This document shows positions 13,261 through 25,362 of a stretch of 64,000 nt of DNA, one piece after another (position 1 is the first letter of the stretch; each line of letters opens with the position of its first letter). The notes under the pieces are model-generated. The model saw nothing but the letters and a program-made list of their open reading frames with translations, searched no databases and was not told the origin of the DNA. Source of the DNA: Eledone cirrhosa. Its lineage: Eukaryota. The translations under genes and the position numbers were made by a program. The DNA is taken from NCBI GenBank assembly GCA_964016885.1, contig OZ024741.1:148428001-148492000 (forward strand), written 5' to 3'.

Positions 13261-13567
13261 CCTGTAGTAATGTCATACTGTTGATGTGAAGCATGTTTGC
13301 AACTCCATCAATCCACTGTCAGTGAGATCTTTCTCTGACTTTGAAGTCTGAGCACATGGTATTATAGGGCCACAGGGCTAGTTGGCCAATTGACATTATA
13401 TCAGGTGACCAAAAGATGTGAGACCTGTAGTAATGTCATGATGTAAGTGTGAAGCATGTCTACAATTCTATCAATCCCCCATTGGTGTAGAATCCTCCTG
13501 GATGTGAAACCTGAGCACTTGGTTTTATAGGCCGATAGGGCCAATTAACATTCTATTTGGTGACCAA
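13261..13567. repeat. Diverged tandem duplication, ~163-bp period
   Basis: cctgtagtaatgtcat...gtgaagcatgt...ctgagcac...ggccaatt...ggtgaccaa at 13261 and 13424. Confidence 0.75.
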
Positions 13568-13829
13568 CCAAATCAATTTACTCATTGTTGGACCTTGAAC
13601 CATATGATTGGTATGGCACTAAACACCTTCTCAATGTCTTTATTTCTAACTGTCATATGGTAACATATCACAATCACTTCTAATGTCCAAATTTCTTCAG
13701 TTTTAAGATTTAACACTATACCATCTCATGACTAATTAAAAATATTGTCTATTAATCACGTTGCCATTAAAAATATTGATTATTAATCAAATTGCCATTA
13801 AAAATTAGAATATTGTTTATTAATTAAGT

Positions 13830-15000
13830 ACTCTTCTTTTTCACCAACTTATTTCTGGGAGGGTTGTGGGGAGAGAGTCCTCAAGCACACCTCCAAGCAG
13901 GTCCTGTTAGAACCAACTGTCTTCAATTCATCTGGCTGATCCCCAAGTAAGACCACCTGAGCTCATGGATGTTATCCAACCATCTTGCTGGATCTCCTGC
14001 CCTGGATCTCCTGCCAGTTAATTTTTCTTGTAAAATCTATCCAGCAATTCTTTCCTTAGACATCCTAACACTGGTATGGAGCTGCGATCTCTCCATTAAG
14101 AGAAGTAGCTGCTTTACCTGGATTTACTCTCTGATCTCTGAGCTATGCACTCAAGTAACATTACCCCAAAGATATTACTGAACCAGCTCCTGCAATTCCT
14201 GCACTTAATTTAGCCTCCTGCCTTCCATCACAGTGCTAAGATACTTGAAATTCTCCACCTACTTCAGTGGAACTCCACTCATATGTAGAGTGCACTGCAC
14301 AGGTTTCCTTAAGAGGATGGAAGTGGGGGGTCTTAAAAAGAAGATCTCTTTGTAATTGGAGCAATTTCTTGATAATTGGGATTATAACTCCTGATTGACA
14401 TTGCCTAGTGCCTTTCCATAAAACCAGGCCACCCAGCACACATGAGTCAGCCATAGAATACCTTCTCTATTTAAGGCTTTTAACATCCTTGGCTAAATTT
14501 CATCCTCCCCAACGGCCTTGCCACATTTAATTTCTTTGATTGCTCTTGTTACCTCAGCCTCTCAGAGATTAATCACCACTCTCAGGTGCACCATCAGAAA
14601 ATATGGTGTTGTGATTGGCTTTAGGAGATCAGCAAAGTATTCTCTCCACCCTGTGAGGATGCACCTCTGAAGAGAGGAGAACCCCAGATGCGTTCTTGAT
14701 AGCAGGTGTGGAGGAGGACTTCCTATTAGGAAGTTGACGGATAGTCTGCCAGAATACTTTATTTGCTGATCTGAAGCCAGATTCCAGCTTAACCCCAAAG
14801 TTCTCCCATTTTAACTTTGGATGCCTTTACTTTCTCTGCTGTGACGTTATGTGGCTGCTTGCATTACAAATGCAAGGAGGACTTATTTCCAAATCCAGCT
14901 TTGTAGACCTCCTGCTTTGCTTGGATGGATTCTTTGACCTCTTGATTGAAGCAAGGAGTCTCCCTGCCACCTGGTGCCACACCAAGCCACTTTTGCCCAC
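13830..15000 (-). pseudogene. Old RTE-clade (Rex3/Expander-like) LINE relic inserted in a ~31-bp minisatellite
   Basis: Minus strand gives WREYFADLL, EVTRAIKEIKCGKAVGEDEI, LKALNREGILWLT and QSGVIIPI. Flanked by ttattaattaagt / ttattaatcaagt. Confidence 0.7.
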
Positions 15001-15068
15001 TTATTAATCAAGTTGCTATTAAAAATACTGTTTACTAATTAAGTTGTCATAAAAAATATTTTTGCCAG

Positions 15069-15146
15069 CAAAAGAAAACAGTGACAACTGATTGGTCCTT
15101 TAATCCAACAGTACCACGGATTCGTATCAAGAAGATGCATGCAGAG
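15069..15146 (+). CDS. Candidate host coding exon (QKKTVTTDWSFNPTVPRIRIKKMHAE)
   Basis: tttttgccag | 78 nt open in phase 0 | gtaaat; non-repetitive. Protein not recognised. Confidence 0.3.
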
Positions 15147-15253
15147 GTAAATGTGTTTTTTTCATTTCAATGTTGTATTGGTGTTGTTTATCCTCAGGTC
15201 AGTTTTGATCCAGCAGGAGTATTAATATTTAATCTTTTAATGACACTATATTA

Positions 15254-15519
15254 TTAACTTTTTTGTTACTGTATTTCTAATGAAAAATACTGCCTAGAAT
15301 TTTCTTAATAATTTTGAAAATAATCAAGAATTTGGAGTGATTTAATAATATAACTAACTTGCCCATTGTTAAGCTGGTGTTTGAAACATAATTTAACAAA
15401 GATTCTTACAAAAAATTAGAGTGGAAATTTTTTTTTATGAATATAAATACTTTAAAATAAACAGCTTTGTATCTTAGAACAAAGAGCAGTTTCAGATGAT
15501 TTGTTATCACAAGGGTAAA
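15254..15519. mobile_element. TTAA MITE copy
   Basis: Homologous to 1405-1661 (ttaagctggtgtttgaaacataatttaacaaa). Confidence 0.6.
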
Positions 15520-15800
15520 ACTGGTTTAGCATGATGCTATATCTTTAGACACTAAAACACCGATTGGTTGAGCACTGTCAAATCTAATTGAAGAGGATAT
15601 ATTATGATGTCATCTAATATTGCTATACTTGGTTACTGAAAACTAAGAGAATATCAGATGTTAGCTGTACTTTAATCAACATGTGGACATCAACAGTTAA
15701 GATAACTAAAGTTGATGAGTACTAGTTTTAAAGTCTACAGTGACCATTATCTCAAATATATATAATGATTATAGGGACACACATGGCTATAAGCACTGTA

Positions 15801-16230
15801 GGAGCAGGCATGGCTATTGATTTGGTTCCACTGCATGGCATCTTGAGCATGTGTCTTCTACTGTAACCCTGGACTGACTTATGTCTAGTCAGTGGAATGT
15901 AGTAGATGGAAACTATAGAAGACCATCACCATCATTATCATCATCATCAACAGCAGCAGCATGTCCATTTTCCATGCTAGCATGGGTTAGATGAGCTGTC
16001 TCATTTTGAGACAAGTCAGATCAGATGACCGTGTCTTGCTCATACTGAACTGTTTTGGCTTGGTTTCTATGGCTCAATGCCCTTCTTAATGCCAACTACA
16101 TTTACAGTGTGCACCAAGTGCTTTTTATCATGGCCACTTTACTGTGTGGACTAGGCACTTTTTGTCATGACACCAACACAACCACTTTACAGTGTGCGCT
16201 CTTTGTCGTGATACCTAAACAACCAAAACA
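15801..16230. mobile_element. Decayed SINE (15801-15927, plus) abutting a diverged RTE 3' UTR (15925-16230, minus)
   Basis: ccactgcatggcatcttgagcatgtgtcttctactg...gatggaaact, then (cat)n-ttccatgctagcatgggttaga. Confidence 0.6.
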
Positions 16231-16528
16231 ATGTGGAGTAGAGACTGGGTGGGGGAGGTACATGTCTGTAGTATGGGGATTGGAAAGGTAGGAAAGGAGT
16301 GTAAGGATGTGAGTGAAAGATAGTGTTAGAATGTAGAAAGTATATGAAAGGAGAGGAAAGTAGTGCATACTACATGTATGCTTCAATCTCTGTCATCATG
16401 TTTGAAAGGTGCTATTGTGCAAGATCAGCTTTTATCACCTCATCCCAAGCTTTCCTAGGTTTTCCTACTCCTCAGCTTCCATCAACTTTGAGTGCCCTGA
16501 CCTTATTATACAGCTCTCTCTCTCCTTT

Positions 16529-16589
<61 letters not shown>

Positions 16590-16784
16590 ATATATATTGG
16601 TATCCACCTGTTTATGGTAGGGCCAGTAACATTGTTAGAACTCCATGCAATCTTGAAGAGATTATTCCAACAAGATTGTGTGGTGAGTGCTATAGTTTTT
16701 ATAGTAGGCATTCATAGCATAAGGTTCAATTGAAGATTCTAATCAAGCTAGAGAATCATATATATATATATATATATATATAAT

Positions 16785-17310
16785 TGTTTCTGAGGAAGAC
16801 AACCACTCCTATTAGTCAGTACATGGAAGGCCAATCTTAGCAACAAATGAACAAAATGTGAAAGAGGTGCAAACGGTGATGGCGAAAGATCACCAATTAA
16901 GTGTTAGAATGATAGCAGAAGTAACAGGCTTGCATAAAAATGCAGTTCACAGAATTTTAACAGACCATTTGCACATAATGAAAAAATTGTGCAAAACTAG
17001 TGTTCAAACACTTGTCTGTTGAGCAAAAAGTGAACTGGTCATAAATTTGTCAGGATTTGCTAGAAAGACTCGAAATTAAGTTCAATTTCTTGGATAAAGT
17101 AATAACAGGAGAGAAATCAGGGGTGCTCATGCACAATTCAGAGACAAAATGGCAAAGCAAGGAGTGCCACACAAACAATTCTTTTTGTCTGAAGAAAGCA
17201 CGTTTGAGCAGATCCAGGGTGAAAACGATGATTATCATTTTTTCAACAGCCATGATATTGTTCACAAAGAAATTTTACCTCCAGGACAGACAGTTAATCA
17301 CACCTACAAA
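16785..17310 (+). pseudogene. Mariner (Mos1-like) transposase fragment
   Basis: GRP..NVKEV..DHQLSVRMIAEVTGL..AVHRILTDHL HTH region, then FLDKVITGE..ETKWQSKE..KKARLSRSRVKTMIIIF and PPGQTVN. Confidence 0.85.
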
Positions 17311-17398
17311 GGTTAAAAAAAAGTACCAGTCTAATGCTGGTGTTGATTCTTCTTCATTTCCACTCGCTAAGAATGTAGCTTCTAATTTGAATGGAAGG

Positions 17399-17471
17399 TG
17401 ATGTGTTGGTGTAATGGTAGCACAGTGGTCTGGATAACCAAAGATGTGGGTTCGACTCCCATGTACGTCAA
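17399..17471 (+). pseudogene. tRNA-like cloverleaf (tRNA pseudogene or SINE head)
   Basis: Acceptor tgatgtg/tacgtca, A-box tggtgtaatggt, anticodon arm tggt-ctggata-acca, T-arm gtggg-ttcgact-cccat. Confidence 0.55.
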
Positions 17472-17544
17472 TACTCATCTTTTTCCATTTATCTGAGGGT
17501 TCTAAACCCCATTATCAGGCTAAAATTTCTTTAGTCATATATAT

Positions 17545-17790
17545 ATGTAAAAGGTAAACAGAAATAACAAAACAAACGGCACCGTACATGGAAGAATTAT
17601 ATTACTTTGACACTTGAAATAGCAGAAAGAGAGTCTTAACGTTTTGGACACTAGTCCTTCATCACAAGATAGAGTTAGAAATAGAATATTAATAGAAAGT
17701 AAAGAATGATGATTAGAAGGAACGGGGAAAATGCAAACAAATCGTGGAGAAAAAAAACACACCTGCATATTCATTCAGCCATCTTGGAGA
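17545..17790 (-). mobile_element. PLE-type 3' tail relic with a degenerate hammerhead (17633-17669)
   Basis: Minus: tctt-gtgatga-aggac(tagt)gtcc-aaaa-cgt-ta-aga, two core substitutions from CTGATGA/GAAA. Flanked by TA repeats. Confidence 0.45.
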
Positions 17791-17933
17791 TATATATATA
17801 CATATTTATATATACAAGCATGGAGACTGTAAAAAATGACAAGGTATATTATGTATTAATATTTAACTCAATATCATTTAACAAACCCCTGTACACTGTT
17901 TCTTGCTCTGAATATTTCTTCATTCTTTTGCAG

Positions 17934-17975
17934 GCTTATGACATATTAGCTAGGACAGTTGAAAATATAGAAAAG
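17934..17975 (+). CDS. Candidate host micro-exon (AYDILARTVENIEK)
   Basis: Strong acceptor tttcttcattcttttgcag | 42 nt open in phase 0 | gtactc. Confidence 0.3.
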
Positions 17976-18231
17976 GTACTCAATGAGATACACTCATAAG
18001 AAAGAAATTGCCAGCCATCTTCCAACAAACTAACCAAGATGCATACACTCATTCATTCTTATATCATCATCATCATCGTTTAATGTCTATCTTCCATGAT
18101 AGCATGGGTTATATCATCATTTTACGTATATATATATATCAATAATATTTCTCAGTACAAAGCTCAATAAACTTCAGTTCAGTTCAGAGCATCAATCAAA
18201 TATATATCAATAATATACTGGTTAACCATAT

Positions 18232-18266
<35 letters not shown>

Positions 18267-18267
<1 letters not shown>

Positions 18268-20245
18268 AATATAAATTAGCAAGAATCGTATTTCGGCTTA
18301 GGAATTAACGAAAAACAACTTCCGAGATGTGTGGCAAGCGCTCAATGATTCAGATGAACCAGAGCTACATCATCACCGTTTTACGTCCGTTCTTCCACGC
18401 TAGCATGGGTTAGACGGGTTGTCCTGTTGTGGGCAGTGTCTGGTCGGCTGACCATGCCTTGCTCATACAGGAACTGATCTGGCTTGATTTCTACAGCTGG
18501 ATGCCCTTCCTAACACCAACCTCATTTACAGTGAGTGCTGGGTGCTTTTTCGTGGCGCCTACACGTCCACTTTACAGTGTGGGCTGGGTGCTTTTTTGCC
18601 GTGGCACCTCCACGACCACCTTACGGTGGGGGAAGTGGGGGCATATTGTTTATATGCTTCAGCATGTACCCATGGGAGGTCGGATACCCTGTATTACTGC
18701 GTGACGCCAGAAGTCACGGTCGTGTGTCATTGTCTTTGAGTGGTGTAGTTGGGTAAGGTCGGCTTTTATCACCTCATCCCAAGTCATCTTGGGTCTCCCC
18801 ACTCCGCAGTTTCCATCAACTTCTAGTGCTCTGCACCTTTTTATGCAGCTGTCATCCTTCATACGCATCACATGTCCATACCAGCGTAACCGCCTCTCCT
18901 GCACGCAGCATTTGATTCCTATTATGCTCAGTCTCTCTCTCAATTCCTTTATGCTTTGTCGTTCACGTATATTACTGTTACACATCCATCGGAGCATGCA
19001 GGCTTCGTTTCTCTCTAATCTACGTAAGTCTTCCACCTTCAGCGCCCAGGTCTCACTACCATGCAACATCGCTGTTCGGATACACGCATCATACAGTCTG
19101 CCTTTCATTCTGAGGGAGAAGCCTTTTGCAGCTAGCAGTGGAAGTAGTTCCCTAAACTTCTTCCATCCCGTTCTTACCCTAGTTATTGTACTTTCTGAGC
19201 ACCCACCTCCGTTGCTAATTCGGTCACCTAGGTAGCAGAAGCTGTCTACTGTTTCTACAGGGCCCTCCCAGAGATTGGTGGTACTTGTTTCCTGTGGCTG
19301 TTTGCTTGCTGTTTCAGCACAGCTGCTGCATGTGAATCCTACATTCTTAATTAAGCTTCCTGAGATCCTGCTACATCTCTTGTGTACCCATTGTTTGCAT
19401 TTGGGGCAGAGAATGGAGTTCCTACCTACACCTTTCCTACATACTGAGCAAGGCCATTTCCCTGAGGGGATCTGGGTTCTGTTTTCTCGTCTACTTACAA
19501 GGACCTTAGTCTTTGTCATGTTGACTTTGAGGCCCTTTCTCTCTAGTCCCTGCTTCCAGGTTTGGAATTTATTCTCTAGTTCTACCATAGATTCAGCTAT
19601 GAGTGCGAGGTCATCAGTATACAGGAGTATACAACATACGTTAAAGGCCAAACACACTGAGACGATGGTTAAACAATCATCCGCACAGTCAAAAAAAACG
19701 ACCAAGTAATTCGGGTCAAACAAATAAAAATATATGTGATTGAAAATTTACCCGGACCCCTGGATGGTTGGTAAAATCCAGCATTTGGGTTTCTACGACT
19801 CCTAAATCAAGTACTGTCCGCTTACATAAATAATGTTAGGCTTCTGGTAAGATGATTGAACAAGGAAGCCACTTTTTCAACAAGTTTTAGTTCGAGTACT
19901 AATTTAGGGAATGACCGTTACCGACCCCACGTGGAGCTCGGTAAGGGAGGCAACCCTTATTTTAGGCGAATGAATTCAGTTGTGTATATTATTGCGAGAA
20001 TGCAAAACATCACAAATCGAATAAAGCTCTCAACAGAATGGTTATAAGTTAACAATAGCTATTCATCAGTCAATAGAATCAACTAAAAAAAATCAAGAAA
20101 ATTAACTGGTCAATAGCTAGACTCTGGAGATTAATACAAATATAAATTAGCGAGAATCGTATTTCGGCATAGGAATTAACGAAAAACAACCTCCGAGATG
20201 TGTGGCAAGCGCTCAATGATTCAGATGAACCAGAGCTACAACATA
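18267..20245. mobile_element. Unclassified ~610-bp-unit element with ~105-bp terminal direct repeats, interrupted by an RTE
   Basis: 18267-18369 is repeated at 20138-20241. Removing the RTE leaves a ~610-bp period. Homologous to 27731-28451. Confidence 0.7.
18369..19627 (-). mobile_element. RTE LINE family A, 5'-truncated
   Basis: ORF 18659-19723 from LLYTDDL to the C-terminus (FCYLGD, LHGSETW, RLRWYGHV), then 3' UTR and (gat) tail. Confidence 0.95.
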
Positions 20246-20455
20246 ATATATATATATACACACACACATATATATATATACACACACACATATATATATA
20301 TATATACATATATATACACACATATATATATATATATATATACATATATATAATATATATATACATATATACATATATATAACAAAGGAATTGTGGTAAG
20401 GAACCAGATGGACCACGCACCAGAGTACTCAATACTTAGGGTAGTAGAGTGGGAA

Positions 20456-20575
20456 ATAGGAAAAAGTATGACACCGACGGCAGAGCTCAAGCCGTTTTGA
20501 TGGCTATTGCTGGACTCACAGAAATAGCCGTCGAAACGGCTTGAGCTCTGCCGTCGGGGTCATACTTTTTCCTAT
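20456..20575. repeat. Fold-back palindrome, ~52-bp arms, containing the 3' half of a hammerhead
   Basis: taggaaaaagtatgac...ggctatt / aatagcc...gtcatactttttccta. Right arm has GAAA-cggc..gccg-TC. Confidence 0.85.
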
Positions 20576-21362
20576 ACATATATATATATATATGTATAAT
20601 ATATACCAATATATATATATTTCGTTTCTGAATTTGTTTAGCAAGATTCTTTATCTGAAATCGTGTGTTGAAACCATCGATTACCTGTACTAGACAGAGC
20701 TCTGGTTAGATACCATTAACAACCAAAAACAAATCCTCCATTCCCATTATGCCAGACCCATGACTTCCAAACATCTGATCCACCGAAACTCGGCCATTTC
20801 GGACCATACCAAAATCAACATACTGATTGCGGATTTGGTACGGGTGATGAGAAATGTGTCCCGCATGTGCAACCCCGAAGAACTAGAGAGACACATACAA
20901 CACTTCATCCACCGTATGCAGTTCTCTGGCTACAATCAGAGAGATAGAATCAGAGTGTATAGAGGAGCCAGAACCAAATGGGAAAAAATGGTAAATAATG
21001 ACATAAATGGGACCTGCCCCTTGTATAGGAGCAAATTTTGGAATAGAATAGAAAGAACTAGGAACAAGGCCAATAGAATAAACTCACGGTATGATAGCAA
21101 TAAATACCAGAGTGTAATGTTCATCGATACAACCCCTAGAGGCGAACTAGCCTACAAATTTAGAAGGGCCCTAAATAAACATGAACTCAATATTAAGATA
21201 GTAGAAAGACCAGGTACCTCCGTAAAAACACTTATTAGCAAGACATACCCGTTCCAAAGACCCTCATGTATAGATAAGAAATGTATAACCTGTAAAATAA
21301 GCCCCCATATTAACTGTAAAACTAGAAATGTAGTGTATAGCATAAGATGTACTGAAGGACAA

Positions 21363-24308
21363 TCATCATCATCATCATCATCACCGTTTTACGTCCGTTC
21401 TTCCACACTAGCATGGGTTAGACGGGTTGTCCTGTTGTGGGCAGTGTCTGGTCGGCTGACCATGCCTTGCTCATACAGGAACTGATCTGGCTTGATTTCT
21501 ACAGCTGGATGCCCTTCCTAACACCAACCTCATTTACAGTGAGTGCTGGGTGCTTTTTCGTGGCACCTACACGTCCACTTTACACTGTGGGCTGGGTGCT
21601 TTTTTTTCGTGGCACCTCCACGACCACCTAGCGGTGGGGGGGAGTGGGGGCATATTGTTTATATGCTTCAGCATGTACCCATGGGAGGTCGGGTACCCTG
21701 TATTACTGCGTGACGCCAGAAGTCACGGTCGTGTGTCATTGTCTTTGAGAGGTGTAGTTGGGTAAGGTCGGCTTTTATCACCTCATCCCAAGTCATCTTG
21801 GGTCTCCCCACACCGCGGTTTCCATCAACTTCTAGTGCTCTGCACCTTTTTATGCAGCTGTCATCCTTCATACGCATCACATGTCCATACCAGCGTAACT
21901 GCCTCTCCTGCACGCAGCATTTGATTCCTCTTATGCTCAGTCTCTCTCTCAATTCCTTTATGCTTTGTCATTCACGTATATTACTGTTACACATCCATCG
22001 GAGCATGCAGGCTTCGTTTCTCTCTAATCTACGTAAGTCTTCCACCTTCAGCGCCCAGGTCTCACTACCATGCAACATCGCTGTTCGGATACACACATCA
22101 TACAGTCTGCCTTTCATTCTGAGGGAGAAGCCTTTTGCAGCTAGCAGTGGTAGTAGTTCCCTAAACTTCTTCCATCCCGTTCTTACCCTAGTTATTGTAC
22201 TTTCTGAGAACCCACCTCCGTTGCTAATTCGGTCACCTAGGTAGCAGAAGCTGTCTACTGTTTCTACAGGGCCCTCCCAGAGATTGGTGGTACTTGTTTC
22301 CTGTGGCTGTTTGCTTGCTGTTTCAGCACAGCTGCTGCATGTGAATCCTACATTCTTAATTAAGCTTCCTGAGATCCCGCTACATCTCTTGTGTACCCAT
22401 TGTTTGCATTTGGGGCAGAGAATGGAGTTCCTACCTACACCTTTCCTACATACTGAGCAAGGCCATTTCCCTGAGGGGATCTGGGTTCTGTTTTCTCGTC
22501 TACTTACAAGGACCTTAGTCTTTGTCATGTTGACTTTGAGGCCCTTTCTCTCTAGTCCCTGCTTCCAGGTTTGGAATTTATTCTCTAGTTCTACCATAGA
22601 TTCAGCTATGAGTGCGAGGTCATCAGCATACAGGAGTTCCCATGGGCATCCGGTCTTAAACTCCTCCGTTATTGCCTGCAGGACTATGATGAACAGGAGA
22701 GGGCTAAGAACAGAGCCTTGGTGGACCCCAACCTGTACGCTAAATTCCTCGCTATACTCATTGCTAATCCTAACTTTGCTGACTGCTCCCCTATACATGG
22801 CTTGTACCGCTTTCACAAGCCATTCATCTACTCCTAGTTTTCTAAGAGCCCACCAGATTACTGCACGTGGAACTCTGTCAAAGGCTTTCTCAAGGTCGAC
22901 AAATGCCAAGTAGAGTGGCTTACTTTTAGCTAGGTACTTTTCCTCTAATTGCCTCACAAGGAAGAGGGCATCAGTGGTGCCTCTCCCTGGTACAAACCCA
23001 AATTGCATCTCGTCTATATTCACCCGGTCCCTAATCAGCTGTGCTATAACTCTTTCTGTTACTTTCATGACCTGGTCCATCAACTTTATACCTCTATAGT
23101 TTCCTCTATCTAGTGCATCGCCTTTACCTTTGTAGCAGTTGACAATGATGCTACTGCACCAATCTTTTGGTATGGCCCCTTCTAGTATTACCTGGTTAAC
23201 GATACGTGTGGTTATAGTGTGACCTACAGACCCAGATGCCTTCAGCATCTCGGCAGCTATACCCGATGGACCGGTTGCCTTCCCCATCTTCATATCTCTG
23301 ATTGCCTTACTTACTACGCTGCCGCTGACTTGTACTGCTGGTCCCTCTATAGGGTCTACATGGGGTAGGGTCTCTTCTTCCCATGCATTCTCCTCATTTA
23401 GTAATCTATCATAATGACTCTTCCATGCATCTTTCTTCTCAGCACTTGTGAGGGCAAGCTCACCTTTATCATTCCGGATACACTTCTCTCCAATGACATC
23501 ACAACTATCTCTGACACACTGCCTCGCAATCTTGAATACCTCCTGTTTCTGGTCCTCACGTTGTAAAACATGCTTGAATTTTCTATCCTCTGCTTCCCTC
23601 CTAGCTAAGTATACTTGTCGCCTAGCTTCCCTCTTGGATCTACCTTATTGTTCCACCACCAAGTCACTCTCCTCCTGCTTGAGGTCTTACTCCAGCCACA
23701 AACCTCATCCGTCGCCTCTAGTAAGTTAATTTTTAGGAACTCCCAGTTCTCTTCTACGTTAAATGTCTCTATCTGTTCTTCTTTACTGTCGTAGGCGTTG
23801 AGTAAAATATCTTTAAATCTGTTACTGGTTGAGGGGACTTTCAGCTTCCAGATCTTTCTTCTCCAGGTTGGCCTCTGTTTCCGGGTTCGTCTAGTTCTGA
23901 CCGTGAGGTCGCTGACAACTAAGCTATGTTGGGATGTACATTCCTCACTAGGGAAGGCTTTTGTGTTTACGACCGTCCATCTGTCACGTCCTCTGATGAG
24001 GATAAAATCTAACTGACTAGAGTGCTCCCCTGATCTATAGGTGATCAGGTGGTTGTCGGGTTTTTTAAAGTTTGTGTTACATATCGACATGTCATTGGCG
24101 TCGCAGAATTCTAGAAGTCTGAATCCTTCCTCATTCCTTGTGCCAACTCCATGGCCTCCATGTACTCTATTGAAGCCGTCGCAGTGTTTACCTACGTGTC
24201 CGTTAAAATCTCCTGCAATGATTAGGAAGTCCTTGTCGTCTGTTAGAGCAGTAGTGTGTATTAGGGACTCGTAAAACCTATCCTTAAGTTCGTCTGGCAG
24301 CCCCGATT
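21363..24308 (-). mobile_element. RTE LINE family A, 5'-truncated in the endonuclease, with a few disruptions
   Basis: ORFs 23605-24333 (GDFNGHVG, LDFIL), 21968-23293 (GVHQGSVLSP, YADD) and 21668-21952; (gat)n tail at 21363. Confidence 0.95.
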
Positions 24309-24799
24309 GTAGAAACAAAAATATAGTGTACATAGGTGAGACAGCTCGTAGTATAGGGGAACGGATAAATGAACACTGGCGAGACCTTCAAGATAATAAA
24401 GAATCATCCGTACTCTACCAACATGCTACGATAGAACACAAGGGTAAATTAGAGAACATAGAAATAAAAATAGAATCTACACACAGAAAAGATGCAATGT
24501 TTAGACAAATTACAGAGGCAATAAACATAAAAGAATTACAACCAAAATTAAATAGAAAATATGAGTGGAACAGCAACATCACAACTTACAATTAAGGACA
24601 AAATGAAAACACACACACACATAGAACAAACAATCAACCAATAACATGTAAATAAATAAACAAATAGATAAATGAACACAAACACACACAGACACCCGGA
24701 TGTGGCGCATGCGCAAACTGAGCACACAACACACACACAGAAACAAAATGGCGTAGGACAGAAGAAAGGAAAGGCACAGAAACAAAGAAAGGAATCCCC

Positions 24800-24844
24800 A
24801 GTCACTGAAGAGGTCACAGAGTGTGTGACGAAAGGACTATGACT
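24800..24844 (+). ncRNA. Minimal type I hammerhead (PLE family 1)
   Basis: agtca-CTGAAGA-g-gtcaca(gagtg)tgtgac-GAAA-ggac-TA-tgact. Second copy on minus at ~52443-52487. Confidence 0.7.
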
Positions 24845-25006
24845 ATATATAAACAACTATCTGGTTGTGGAACCAACCAACCAACCAGAAATTTATAAAT
24901 TTGTAGATTTGTAAATTTATAAGTTTATAAATATATAATAAATTGAAGTGAAAGCAACTGGTGCGTGTGTTTCTTATTGGCAACATGACCCTCCCAAAGT
25001 ATAACA

Positions 25007-25084
<78 letters not shown>

Positions 25085-25210
25085 TCAATACAGGCTGGAG
25101 ATAAAATGTGTAGCAACAAGGGCTGTGCCCCAGCATGGCCTCAGCCGGATGGTTGGAACAGGTAAAAGAGTAAAAGAGTATATATATATATATATACACA
25201 TATATATACC

Positions 25211-25244
<34 letters not shown>

Positions 25245-25362
25245 TATATATATATATATATACATATTATAATATATATATATATATATAAGTATTGAAG
25301 TTTCCGTTAAAAATTGAAGAAGTCATAGGAGTGAAGTGTGCTCTATGTAAGTTACAGAGCTA

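Larger units (their letters stand above)
20622..25010 (+). mobile_element. Penelope-like element family 1, 5'-truncated, split by an RTE insertion
   Basis: ORF 20760-21361 (RT thumb, linker, NVVYSIRC) resumes at ~24310 (YIGETARS..RINEH; GIY-YIG). 3' region carries an HHR. Matches 52286-53494. Confidence 0.9.

Noticed and set aside
18789-22913. Plus-strand ORFs of 144-209 aa
   Set aside because: Antisense to RTE coding sequence.
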